Shown here one piece after another: positions 17,887-26,698 of a DNA stretch of 64,000 bases (its first letter is position 1; each line of letters opens with the position of its first letter). The stretch spans positions 180,188 through 244,187 of the forward strand of contig MHKS01000005.1 of the NCBI GenBank assembly GCA_001818495.1. Reading direction: 5' to 3'. The stretch is from Candidatus Komeilibacteria bacterium RIFOXYD1_FULL_37_29 (GTDB lineage: Bacteria > Patescibacteriota > Patescibacteriia > UBA1558 > GWA2-36-10). Under the pieces are notes generated by a model. It was not told where the DNA came from and ran no database searches. It saw only the letters and a list, made by a program, of their open reading frames with translations. The translations under genes and the position numbers were made by a program.

Positions 17887-20814
17887 ATGATAGATTTTAA
17901 GAAACAAGAAAAAGAAATACTGGATTTTTGGTATAAGAAGAAAATTTTTCAAAAATCAATTGCCAAAGATGCTCCACACGGTGATTATCTTTTTTATGAT
18001 GGTCCGCCTTTTGCGACTGGTACACCGCACTACGGGCATCTGGTGGCTTCTATTATGAAAGATGTGGTGCCTAGATACTTTACTATGCAGGGTTATCGGG
18101 TAGAGAGAAAATGGGGCTGGGATGTGCACGGTTTGCCCATTGAAAATATTGTTGAACGTGATTTGGGCTTTGCTACTAAAAAAGATATTGAAAAATACGG
18201 CATTGATAAATTTAATGAAGAGTGTCGCTCTCGGGTAATGAAGTATGCTGATGCCTGGAAGGGTACTATTCGCCGTTTGGGTCGTTGGGTTGATATGGAC
18301 AATGATTATAAGACCATGGATCCGGAATTTATGGAAACCATTTGGTGGGTTTTTAAGGAGCTGTGGAATAAAGGTTTAATTTATGAAGATTATCGCTCCA
18401 TGCATATTTGTCCTAGGTGTGAGACTACTTTATCGCAATCAGAAGTAACCGAAGGTTATAAAGATATCAAGGATTTATCGGTTATAGCTAAATTTCATTT
18501 AAAGCCCGGACAAAAGTGGGCTGATGGCAAATACGAAACCAAAGAGTCAGTTTATATTTTGGCTTGGACAACCACTCCATGGACTTTGATTGGTAATGTG
18601 GCTTTAGCAGTTGGTCAGGATATTAAGTACACAGCTTTAAGGATAAATGGTATCAAGGAACTTTTAATTGTAGCTAGTGAGCGTGTTAAGGAGATTTTTA
18701 AAGATAACAAGCTGGAGATTGTTCATGATGATATTACGGGAAAAGATCTTATAGGTTTAGCCTATGAGCCATTGTTTGATTATTATAATAACGACAGTTT
18801 AGAAAATAGAGCCAATGCTTGGCAGGTTTATAGCGCTGATTTTGTCACGACCGAAGAAGGAACGGGCATTGTTCATATGGCGCCAGCCTTTGGAGAAGAC
18901 GATATGAAGCTAGGTAAGCAAAACAATTTGCCTTTTATCCAACATGTGGCGATGGATGGCACAATCGATAAAGAAGCCAAGGATTTTGCCGGCTTAAATG
19001 TCAAACCCAAAGGTGATCATCAGGCCACTGATGTGGAGATTGTAAAATATTTGGCTAAACATGGACTATTATTTGCCAAAGAAAAATATGAGCACAGCTA
19101 TCCACATTGTTGGCGCTGTGATACACCGCTTTTAAACTATGCCACTTCATCTTGGTTTGTTAATGTTTTAAAAATTAAGAGTAAATTACTCAAAAACGCC
19201 CAAAAGATTAATTGGGTGCCGGAGCATATCAAGGCTGGTCGTTTTGGTAAATGGCTGGAAGGGGCTCGGGATTGGTCTATATCGCGTCAAAGATTTTGGG
19301 GGTCAGTTATTCCTTTGTGGATTTGTGACAAGTGCGACAAAAAAGTAGTAGTCGGCTCAGTCAAAGAGCTCAAAGATTTATCTGGGGTGGAAGTAAAAGA
19401 TTTACATAAACATATAGTAGATAAAGTCACTTTTAAGTGTGCTTGTGGTGGCACTATGAAACGCATTCCCGATGTTTTGGATTGTTGGTTTGAGTCAGGC
19501 TCTATGCCTTATGCCCAGTCTCATTATCCTTTTAAGGGTGCTAAAGATTTTGATCAGAAATTTCCCGCTAAATTTATCGCCGAGGGGTCTGATCAGACCA
19601 GAGCTTGGTTTTATTATCTACATGTTATTGCCGGTGGACTAAAAAATAGCCGAGCTTTTGATAATTGTATTGTCAATGGTATTGTCTTGGCCGAAGACGG
19701 CAAAAAAATGAGTAAGCGGCTAAATAATTATCCCGAGCCAGATTTGATCATGGAGCAGTACGGCGCTGATGCTTTGAGGATGTACTTATTATCATCTCCG
19801 GTCATGCTGGCGGAAAATTTTTCTTTTACTGAAAAAGATTTACAGACGGTTTATCGTCGCTATATCGTAATACTACAAAATGTTTTAAATTTTTATCTGA
19901 TGTTTTCCGGAGCCAAGAAACTCCAAGGAGATAAACCAAAAAAATTGGACAATGATTTGGACAAGTGGATAGTCAGTCGATTGGTTACACTGGAGCAAGA
20001 AGTATCAACCGAGATGGCCAATTATAATTTGGTCAAACCCACTAGAGCGATTTTCGATTTTGTTGATGGTTTGTCTACTTGGTATGTCAGACGCTCTCGC
20101 GATCGTTTCAAAGACGGCGACCAGCAGGCAGTAGCCACTTTGGCTTATGTCTTAAAAGAATTATCCAAAATCACTGCGCCATTTTCTCCACTGACGGCCG
20201 AAGTTATTTATGCAGAGTTTGATAATGACCACGAATCAGTCCATTTGGAAGAGTGGAAAAAATTGGACAAGAAGCTGGTTAATCAGGAAGTTTTAAAACA
20301 GATGGATAGTGTTAAAGAAATTGCTGAAAAAGCTCATGCCCTGCGGGCTAAGTCGGGTTTAAAAGTCCGCCAGCCTTTGGCTCGGGTAGAGATTTTGGCC
20401 AAGGATCTAAAATTAGCTGATAGTTATATAGAGATATTAAAAGACGAATTAAATGTAGAAAGTGTTGGATTGGTGAAAGAATTAAATATTTCATCTGGCT
20501 GGATGGTTGATGAAAATAAAACAATATCTTTGGATACCAATTTAACTGACGAACTTAAAGATAAGGGAATAGTCAGAGAGCTGATCAGATCTATCAATGC
20601 TTTGAGAAAAGAAGCTGGTCTTAAACCTTCTGATCGGCCGACAGAAATCTATAGTACTAATTCAGAGCAGCTTAAAACCATTATTGCTAAATATAAAGAA
20701 GAATTGATTACTAGCACTTCGGCCGGAGATTTTGTAGAGGAAAATATTAAGACAAAGTTTAGTCAAACAATAAAAATAAATGACGAGGAAATTATTTTAG
20801 GATTAAAGATATAA
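17887..20814 (+). CDS. ileS: isoleucyl-tRNA synthetase
   Basis: HIGH-type motif PHYGHL, KMSKS motif KMSKRL, and the CP1 editing region. At 975 aa it has no long bacterial-type C-terminal extension. Confidence 0.9.
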   Translation: MIDFKKQEKEILDFWYKKKIFQKSIAKDAPHGDYLFYDGPPFATGTPHYGHLVASIMKDVVPRYFTMQGYRVERKWGWDVHGLPIENIVERDLGFATKKDIEKYGIDKFNEECRSRVMKYADAWKGTIRRLGRWVDMDNDYKTMDPEFMETIWWVFKELWNKGLIYEDYRSMHICPRCETTLSQSEVTEGYKDIKDLSVIAKFHLKPGQKWADGKYETKESVYILAWTTTPWTLIGNVALAVGQDIKYTALRINGIKELLIVASERVKEIFKDNKLEIVHDDITGKDLIGLAYEPLFDYYNNDSLENRANAWQVYSADFVTTEEGTGIVHMAPAFGEDDMKLGKQNNLPFIQHVAMDGTIDKEAKDFAGLNVKPKGDHQATDVEIVKYLAKHGLLFAKEKYEHSYPHCWRCDTPLLNYATSSWFVNVLKIKSKLLKNAQKINWVPEHIKAGRFGKWLEGARDWSISRQRFWGSVIPLWICDKCDKKVVVGSVKELKDLSGVEVKDLHKHIVDKVTFKCACGGTMKRIPDVLDCWFESGSMPYAQSHYPFKGAKDFDQKFPAKFIAEGSDQTRAWFYYLHVIAGGLKNSRAFDNCIVNGIVLAEDGKKMSKRLNNYPEPDLIMEQYGADALRMYLLSSPVMLAENFSFTEKDLQTVYRRYIVILQNVLNFYLMFSGAKKLQGDKPKKLDNDLDKWIVSRLVTLEQEVSTEMANYNLVKPTRAIFDFVDGLSTWYVRRSRDRFKDGDQQAVATLAYVLKELSKITAPFSPLTAEVIYAEFDNDHESVHLEEWKKLDKKLVNQEVLKQMDSVKEIAEKAHALRAKSGLKVRQPLARVEILAKDLKLADSYIEILKDELNVESVGLVKELNISSGWMVDENKTISLDTNLTDELKDKGIVRELIRSINALRKEAGLKPSDRPTEIYSTNSEQLKTIIAKYKEELITSTSAGDFVEENIKTKFSQTIKINDEEIILGLKI

Positions 20815-20815
20815 A

Positions 20816-21514
20816 ATGGCTTTTAAGACCGAAGCATTCGTACTTAGATGTCGGCCCTTTGTAGAAGCGGATAGGATCTATGATCTTTTTACTCCGCAAG
20901 AGGGAGTGATTTCGGTCTTACTTCGTTCGGCGGCCACTTCTCGTAGTAAATTGGCCGGACACCTGATGCCCTTTAATAAAGTCAGAGTTATGATTGGTCG
21001 GGGTAAGATGGACCATATGGCCGGAGTGGAAGTTGTGGAAAATTATAGTAATTTGAGGCAGGATTTAAAAAGTATGTCCTTGGCGGCATCGGTGGTAGAA
21101 TTATTTTTGGCTGATCGGTCCATGGGACAAAAATTTAGAGAGTTTTCCTTGCTAGAGCACATTTTTACTATTTTGGATCATCCGGGAATCGTTATGAATA
21201 AAAAAATGATATTGGTGCGGGCCTTTCTGTGGAAATATTTGTCGATGGCCGGTTGGCAGCCGCATTTTCGGTCTGAGCAGGATCAGACCAATGGTGGTAT
21301 AATGTATATGGAGCACGATCATAGTAAATCCATAAAGATCAGCAGTGAACTTTTTGATTTTTTACAATTTATTATCAAATCTGATTGGCCACAGTTGATT
21401 AATTTGTCCATTGATGCCAATTTAAATAAAGAGTGGTTAAAAATTTCCCAAATATATTATCAAGCAGTCTTTGAGCAACCTTCTAAATCTTTAAAATTAT
21501 TTATCTACGGTTAA
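20816..21514 (+). CDS. recO: DNA repair protein RecO
   Basis: N-terminal OB-fold pattern AFVLRCRPFVEADRIYDLFTPQEGVISVLLRSAATSRSKLAGHLMPF. Confidence 0.65.
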   Translation: MAFKTEAFVLRCRPFVEADRIYDLFTPQEGVISVLLRSAATSRSKLAGHLMPFNKVRVMIGRGKMDHMAGVEVVENYSNLRQDLKSMSLAASVVELFLADRSMGQKFREFSLLEHIFTILDHPGIVMNKKMILVRAFLWKYLSMAGWQPHFRSEQDQTNGGIMYMEHDHSKSIKISSELFDFLQFIIKSDWPQLINLSIDANLNKEWLKISQIYYQAVFEQPSKSLKLFIYG

Positions 21515-21524
21515 AATAAAAAAT

Positions 21525-23372
21525 ATGGCCAAAATAAAAAAAAGAAATTTGGACTCAGTAAAAAGAGCTCCCGTCAGCAAACTAACCTATGAGTTGCCAT
21601 CCCTTAATCTAAGTCGAAGGGATGTACCCAAGGAATACCAAACGTTTCAAAAAGCCCGCAAAGGTAAGGGGTCAGCTTTGTGGTTTGTCTTTTTACTTTT
21701 TATAGCCACGGTGGCTGGTTTTTGGTTTTTTTCCAAACAAGGTCAAGAACAAGCTAATAATAGTGTAGAGTTAAAAGTAGCCGGTCCCAAAGAAATCATT
21801 TCGGGAGATCAGGTTAGCTATCAAGTAACTTATAAAAATATTGATATTGTCAGCATGCAGCAGATGGAGCTGTCTATTCGCTGGCCGAGTGGTTTTTATT
21901 TTGACAGCGCCACCATTGCCCCGATTGATGAAAATGCTACTACTTGGCTCTTGGAAGATCTATCGCCAAATCAAGAAGTGAAGTTGGAAATCAGTGGTCA
22001 ATTAGTTGGTCAAAAAGACGAACAGTTATCCGTGGCCTTTACTTTGTCTTATCAGCCGGAAAATTTTCATTCAGATTTTAAAGCCAAGACCAATGTAGAT
22101 ACCAAAATATCTGACGCCAAACTGGAAGTGCAGGTTCAAGTAGTAGACAAAATTTTGGTGGCTACTAATCAAGAGATAAAAATTGATTTCAAGAATTTAA
22201 GCCAAGAAAATTTGGAAGGTTTGTATATTGATGTTTTGTATCCGGATGATTTTGAGATGGCCCCATTAGTTAAAGAAGAAACCGCAGAAACTATAGAAGA
22301 AGAAAATACAGCTACTACCACCGAGGACTTTGTCATTGAGGGAGAATATTTTAAAGTTAATTTAGAAGGTGGACAAACCAAAACTATGTTGGTCAACGGA
22401 TTTTTTACAGTTGATTCCAAAACTGAGCAACTCTTAGTAGTGGAGATGGGTAATATGGTCAATGATAAATTTAGAAGACTAGCTAGAGTAGAAAAACCAA
22501 TTATGGTAATTAGTCCCAAGTTTGAAATGGATTTCCAAATAAATGGTCAAAGCGGGGCACAGCCAATTAATTGGTCAGATACTTTAAGGTATCAATTGGA
22601 AATAACCAATCGCAGTGAAAGTGAAGTAGCCGACGTGGTAGTTTCAGCAGTCATGGATAGTGCGGCATTAGATATAGACAGTTTAGAAACCATTGGTAAA
22701 TATAATGAAGGAAAAATTATTTGGACCAAAGAAGAAAATGAACAATTGGCCACATGGCCAGCCGGCGAATCTAGAATTTTTACTTGGCAAGTTGATGTAG
22801 TAGGCGATCCACAACCGGAGCGAACAGTGGAAAATATTATTCAGATAAATATCGAAGGATTGGGAGATTGGGAGCAGGTTTCTTCACCTATACTTTTGAC
22901 GATTGGTGAGAGTATTGGTTTTAATAATGGTGTTTATTGGGATTTGGGCGGTCGGCGAGTCGGTTCAGGGCTTTTACCACCACAGGTTGGGGAAGCTACG
23001 GAATATTTGGTGATTTGGTCACTGCCCCAAGCGACTGGAGTTTTTGATAGTGTGACAGTAGCTACCAATTTGCCACCCCAAGTTGATTTTATTTCCGAAC
23101 TTGATATACAGGATGGCATTTTGGAATTTGATTTAGCGGAACGCAGTCTTACTTGGGCAATGGATGAGTTTAATAATTCTCTTTTACCAATCACCGCTTC
23201 TTTTATGGTCAGACTGACTCCTGATGAAGCTAGTCGTGGTCAGGCCATGACTATCTTAAATGCTACGACTGTTAGTGCTAGTGGTATGGAAGATGTGATT
23301 GTCCGTTCTAAGGCCATCAAAACATCAGATGTAATATCAGGCAGCAGTAGTCCGATTGGTATTGTGGAATAG
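21525..23372 (+). CDS. large membrane-anchored cell-surface protein (hypothetical; repeated beta-rich segments)
   Basis: An N-terminal TM helix is followed by ~540 aa of Thr/Val/Glu-rich extracellular sequence. Confidence 0.35.
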   Translation: MAKIKKRNLDSVKRAPVSKLTYELPSLNLSRRDVPKEYQTFQKARKGKGSALWFVFLLFIATVAGFWFFSKQGQEQANNSVELKVAGPKEIISGDQVSYQVTYKNIDIVSMQQMELSIRWPSGFYFDSATIAPIDENATTWLLEDLSPNQEVKLEISGQLVGQKDEQLSVAFTLSYQPENFHSDFKAKTNVDTKISDAKLEVQVQVVDKILVATNQEIKIDFKNLSQENLEGLYIDVLYPDDFEMAPLVKEETAETIEEENTATTTEDFVIEGEYFKVNLEGGQTKTMLVNGFFTVDSKTEQLLVVEMGNMVNDKFRRLARVEKPIMVISPKFEMDFQINGQSGAQPINWSDTLRYQLEITNRSESEVADVVVSAVMDSAALDIDSLETIGKYNEGKIIWTKEENEQLATWPAGESRIFTWQVDVVGDPQPERTVENIIQINIEGLGDWEQVSSPILLTIGESIGFNNGVYWDLGGRRVGSGLLPPQVGEATEYLVIWSLPQATGVFDSVTVATNLPPQVDFISELDIQDGILEFDLAERSLTWAMDEFNNSLLPITASFMVRLTPDEASRGQAMTILNATTVSASGMEDVIVRSKAIKTSDVISGSSSPIGIVE

Positions 23373-23374
23373 TT

Positions 23375-24481
23375 ATGTTTGAGCTTTTAAAAAAATCTAA
23401 AAAATCTAAAGCTAGATTAGGGGTATTAAACACTGCTCGAGGCAAAGTGGATACTCCTTTTTTTATGCCCATAGCTACCAAAGCCGCTATCAAGTCTATG
23501 GAGGCGTCAGAAGTAAAAAATTTAGGAGCACAGATTATTTTGTCCAATACTTATCACAATTTACTTCGCCCCGGTTTGGATGTGATCAAAAAATTTGGTG
23601 GTTTACATAAATTCATGGATAGCGATTTACCGATTTTGACCGACAGTGGTGGTTATCAGGTTTTTTCTTTAGCAAAACTCAGAAAAATAATCGGTAATGA
23701 TATAAAATTTCAGTCCCACATCGATGGCTCAACTCATATTTTAAATCCGCGGCGAGTGATTGATATTCAAGTAGTCTTGGGTAGCGATATTATGATGGTT
23801 TTAGATGAATGTGTTGGTTTGCCGACAACATGGGACAAGGCGCTCGAAGCACTAGAGAGAACTAGTCGGTGGGCCCAGCTGGCGGTGGATTATAAAAATA
23901 AATTAAATAAAAAATCTACTAAAATAAAAAAACAACTAATCTTTGGCATTGTGCAGGGGGCTGATTTTAAAGATTTGCGTTTGCGCTCAGCTAAAGAGCT
24001 GGTGGCTATGAATTTTGATGGCTATGCTATTGGTGGTTTGGCGGTGGGCGAAACAGCCAAAGTTATGTATCAAGTTTTGGATTATACAGTTGACCAGTTG
24101 CCAGAAAACAAAGCTCGCTATCTGATGGGAGTGGGTTATCCCGAAAATATTATTGAGGCAGTGAAGCGTGGTATTGATATGTTTGACTGTGTCATCCCAA
24201 CGCGGGAAGCGCGGCATGGTAAATTGTATATTTGGCGAACTCAGCCAAATGTTTCTAAGAAGAATTTTTATACTACTATCAATATTAATAATGCCAAATT
24301 TAGGAAGGATAAGACACCGATAAATAATACCACTTTAAAAAATTATTCCCGGGCGTATCTTCACCATTTATTTAAAACTGGCGAGCCACTGAGTCTAAAG
24401 CTAGCTACCTTAAACAATTTAGAGTTTTATTTGACTCTGATGGCCCAAATCAGACAGGCTATCAGAGCTAATAAATTGTAA
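23375..24481 (+). CDS. tgt: queuine/preQ1 tRNA-ribosyltransferase (Tgt) homolog lacking the zinc-binding Cys triad
   Basis: Catalytic regions LTDSGGYQVFSL, VLDEC, GIVQG, AIGGLAVGE and GVGYPENIIEAVKRGIDMFDCVIPTR are conserved. The CxCxxC zinc motif is replaced by PINNTTLKN just before the conserved YSRAYLHHL. Confidence 0.85.
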   Translation: MFELLKKSKKSKARLGVLNTARGKVDTPFFMPIATKAAIKSMEASEVKNLGAQIILSNTYHNLLRPGLDVIKKFGGLHKFMDSDLPILTDSGGYQVFSLAKLRKIIGNDIKFQSHIDGSTHILNPRRVIDIQVVLGSDIMMVLDECVGLPTTWDKALEALERTSRWAQLAVDYKNKLNKKSTKIKKQLIFGIVQGADFKDLRLRSAKELVAMNFDGYAIGGLAVGETAKVMYQVLDYTVDQLPENKARYLMGVGYPENIIEAVKRGIDMFDCVIPTREARHGKLYIWRTQPNVSKKNFYTTININNAKFRKDKTPINNTTLKNYSRAYLHHLFKTGEPLSLKLATLNNLEFYLTLMAQIRQAIRANKL

Positions 24482-24597
24482 TTATTGGTTTAGTGTTGTT
24501 ATTTATTTTGTGAAGATAGTAATTTAATAATAACAACAATCTATGTTATAATAATAGTGAAATTTGTTATATATAGTATATCTAATAATTTACCTAT

Positions 24598-25392
24598 ATG
24601 AATATGGGTTTTATAAAAAATAAGCAGGCGTTTACTCTGATTCAACTTATTGTGAGCGTGTCTATTATTTTGATATTAGCGGCTATAGTTTTATTTGGTG
24701 AAGATGCTATTTCCAGAAGAGGTAAGGCCAAAGATGTTAGGCGCTCGCAGGATGTGATGGCTTTGGGCCAAGCTGTAGAGCTCTATCAAAATGATAATAA
24801 TGTTTTGCCACCAGATTTAGCAGCCGCCATAAATATTGGTACTAATCAAAAATTTGTCTTATGCTCAGCGGCTATCAATCGAACCTGCGATGGGCAGATT
24901 AGAAGTTGTTTGGTGCTTGATGATAAGGATTTTTTAAATGGTTATTTAAAAGGATCTTTGCCAATTGATCCGGAGAAAACAGCTACTACTGATACGGGTT
25001 ATTATATTGCTCGAAATGGTGATCAAATGGTTTTTGGTGCCTGCAGTAGCTATAGCGGTGGGGATATTGAATATGTGGCTAGAGCCAAGGTACCGGCTCA
25101 ATGCGGTAATAGCATCATAGAAGATGATGAGGTTTGTGATGATGGTGATACGGTGACAGAAGGATGCGCTAGTGGTACTCTAGACACAGCTGGCACACAT
25201 TGCAATAGCACTTGTACGGCAGTTGTTACCTTGGGGTCTACTGAGCCCTGTGATTATGGTGCCTGGAGTAACGATTGTAAGTATGGTGGTATAAATTATA
25301 CTACTAGCGATGTTGGTGGGCCAAGCTACTGTAATATCACTTGTACCGTTGAACAGTCCTGGGGTATTACTTGTGAAAGTATTGGGTCATAA
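24598..25392 (+). CDS. type IV pilin-like protein with C-terminal Cys-rich repeat domain
   Basis: The N-terminus has a prepilin-like leader and hydrophobic helix (KQAFTLIQLIVSVSIIL), but Q replaces the usual E5. The C-terminus CGNSIIEDDEVCDDGDTVTEGC...HCNSTCT resembles the Myxococcus cysteine-rich repeat. Confidence 0.55.
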   Translation: MNMGFIKNKQAFTLIQLIVSVSIILILAAIVLFGEDAISRRGKAKDVRRSQDVMALGQAVELYQNDNNVLPPDLAAAINIGTNQKFVLCSAAINRTCDGQIRSCLVLDDKDFLNGYLKGSLPIDPEKTATTDTGYYIARNGDQMVFGACSSYSGGDIEYVARAKVPAQCGNSIIEDDEVCDDGDTVTEGCASGTLDTAGTHCNSTCTAVVTLGSTEPCDYGAWSNDCKYGGINYTTSDVGGPSYCNITCTVEQSWGITCESIGS

Positions 25393-25415
25393 AATATATT
25401 AAATTATTTAAATTA

Positions 25416-26294
25416 GTGTTTAATAATACAATAAAAAATAATTTTTTGCTAAATAATCATCGTGGATTTACTCTAATGGAATTGATAGTGGCTATATTAG
25501 TAGTAGCTGTGCTGTTGGCTGTTGTTTATAGAGCAGTTAATCCAGAAAAAAGGATAGTGGATACTAAAAATGCTGTGCGTTTGCAGGAGGCTTCAGCTAT
25601 TGAAAAGGCTATTAAATCCGCTTTAATAAGTGGTACCGATGCTCCCGCTTCTTTGACTAATGTAACGGCCAACACCTATTATTCACTTATATCAAACGGC
25701 GGTACTCCTGGTACTTATGCTTGTAGTCAATTGGGCCAAACTATCAATACTTTAGATATTGCTTCTACTGTTACGCCATTTCTAGGCGGGGCTTTACCGG
25801 TCGACCCCGATATCACCAGCGGAATTAATACCGGGTATTACTTAATCCGGCGGGGAAATTTATTTGATGTCGGCTATTGTAATTGGTCTATTGAAGTGAC
25901 TTGTGGCGATAGTATTTGTAGTGCCTCAGAAACTTGTAGTAGTTGTGCTACTGATTGTGGTTCTTGTAGTCAAGCACCAATTGTGTCTGACGCCGGCAGG
26001 GTACCTATCCATAATCAAATAGGTGTAGCGATGGGTGGTATATTAAGTTGGACTGCTTGGACTAAGCCGGGTGGTGGCACAGTAGAATATTATGTTACTC
26101 TCTATATAGGTACTAGTGATTGTACTGGGACATTATATCAAACGCCTACTTGGTCAACCGATACTTCTTTTAATCCAAGTGGTTTTATGCATGCAGAAAC
26201 TCTGTATTCTTGGCAGCTTAAAGCTAGGACTCAGGGCGAAAATGATGATACAGCCTATAACACCTGCTATGAATTTTTTACAGAAACTCTCTAA
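25416..26294 (+). CDS. type IV pilin (class III signal G/FTLMEL) with C-terminal Cys-rich repeat
   Basis: HRG-FTLMELIVAILVVAVLLAV is a canonical prepilin cleavage/methylation motif. The Cys-rich segment is CGDSICSASETCSSCATDCGSC. The start codon is uncertain: GTG at 25416 or TTG at 25446. Confidence 0.7.
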   Translation: MFNNTIKNNFLLNNHRGFTLMELIVAILVVAVLLAVVYRAVNPEKRIVDTKNAVRLQEASAIEKAIKSALISGTDAPASLTNVTANTYYSLISNGGTPGTYACSQLGQTINTLDIASTVTPFLGGALPVDPDITSGINTGYYLIRRGNLFDVGYCNWSIEVTCGDSICSASETCSSCATDCGSCSQAPIVSDAGRVPIHNQIGVAMGGILSWTAWTKPGGGTVEYYVTLYIGTSDCTGTLYQTPTWSTDTSFNPSGFMHAETLYSWQLKARTQGENDDTAYNTCYEFFTETL

Positions 26295-26317
26295 TGGTAG
26301 TTGAATAATTTTAAACA

Positions 26318-26698
26318 ATGACACAAAACGTAGTAATACAAGCTATTAAAATTTTACTGATAGATTTAATCGGCGAAATTCTTTATTTTCCCCTTTGGTG
26401 GTATACCAAAGGGTTGACCAAGATGTTCGCTTATGTTTTTGAGTCTATCAGAAATACCAATCGCAATTTGGCAGTCGGATTGATGTTTAAAAATCTTTTC
26501 AAGCCGATGTTTGGCCAATATGATAGAGAAGGAAGAATCATCAGTTTTTTCTTTCGAATACTTTTGACTTTTTCCAGGGCTATTATTTTTGTATTGCTCG
26601 TAATTTTATATTTATTAGTGATAATTTTTTGGTTGTTTTTGCCAGTAGCAGTTTGCTGGGGTATTTTTAATAATTTTAGCAGTCTATGGAAAGTTTAA
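26318..26698 (+). CDS. small polytopic membrane protein (hypothetical); translationally coupled to the AAA+ gene
   Basis: The 126 aa product has 3 predicted TM helices. It overlaps the next ORF by 13 nt. Confidence 0.4.
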   Translation: MTQNVVIQAIKILLIDLIGEILYFPLWWYTKGLTKMFAYVFESIRNTNRNLAVGLMFKNLFKPMFGQYDREGRIISFFFRILLTFSRAIIFVLLVILYLLVIIFWLFLPVAVCWGIFNNFSSLWKV

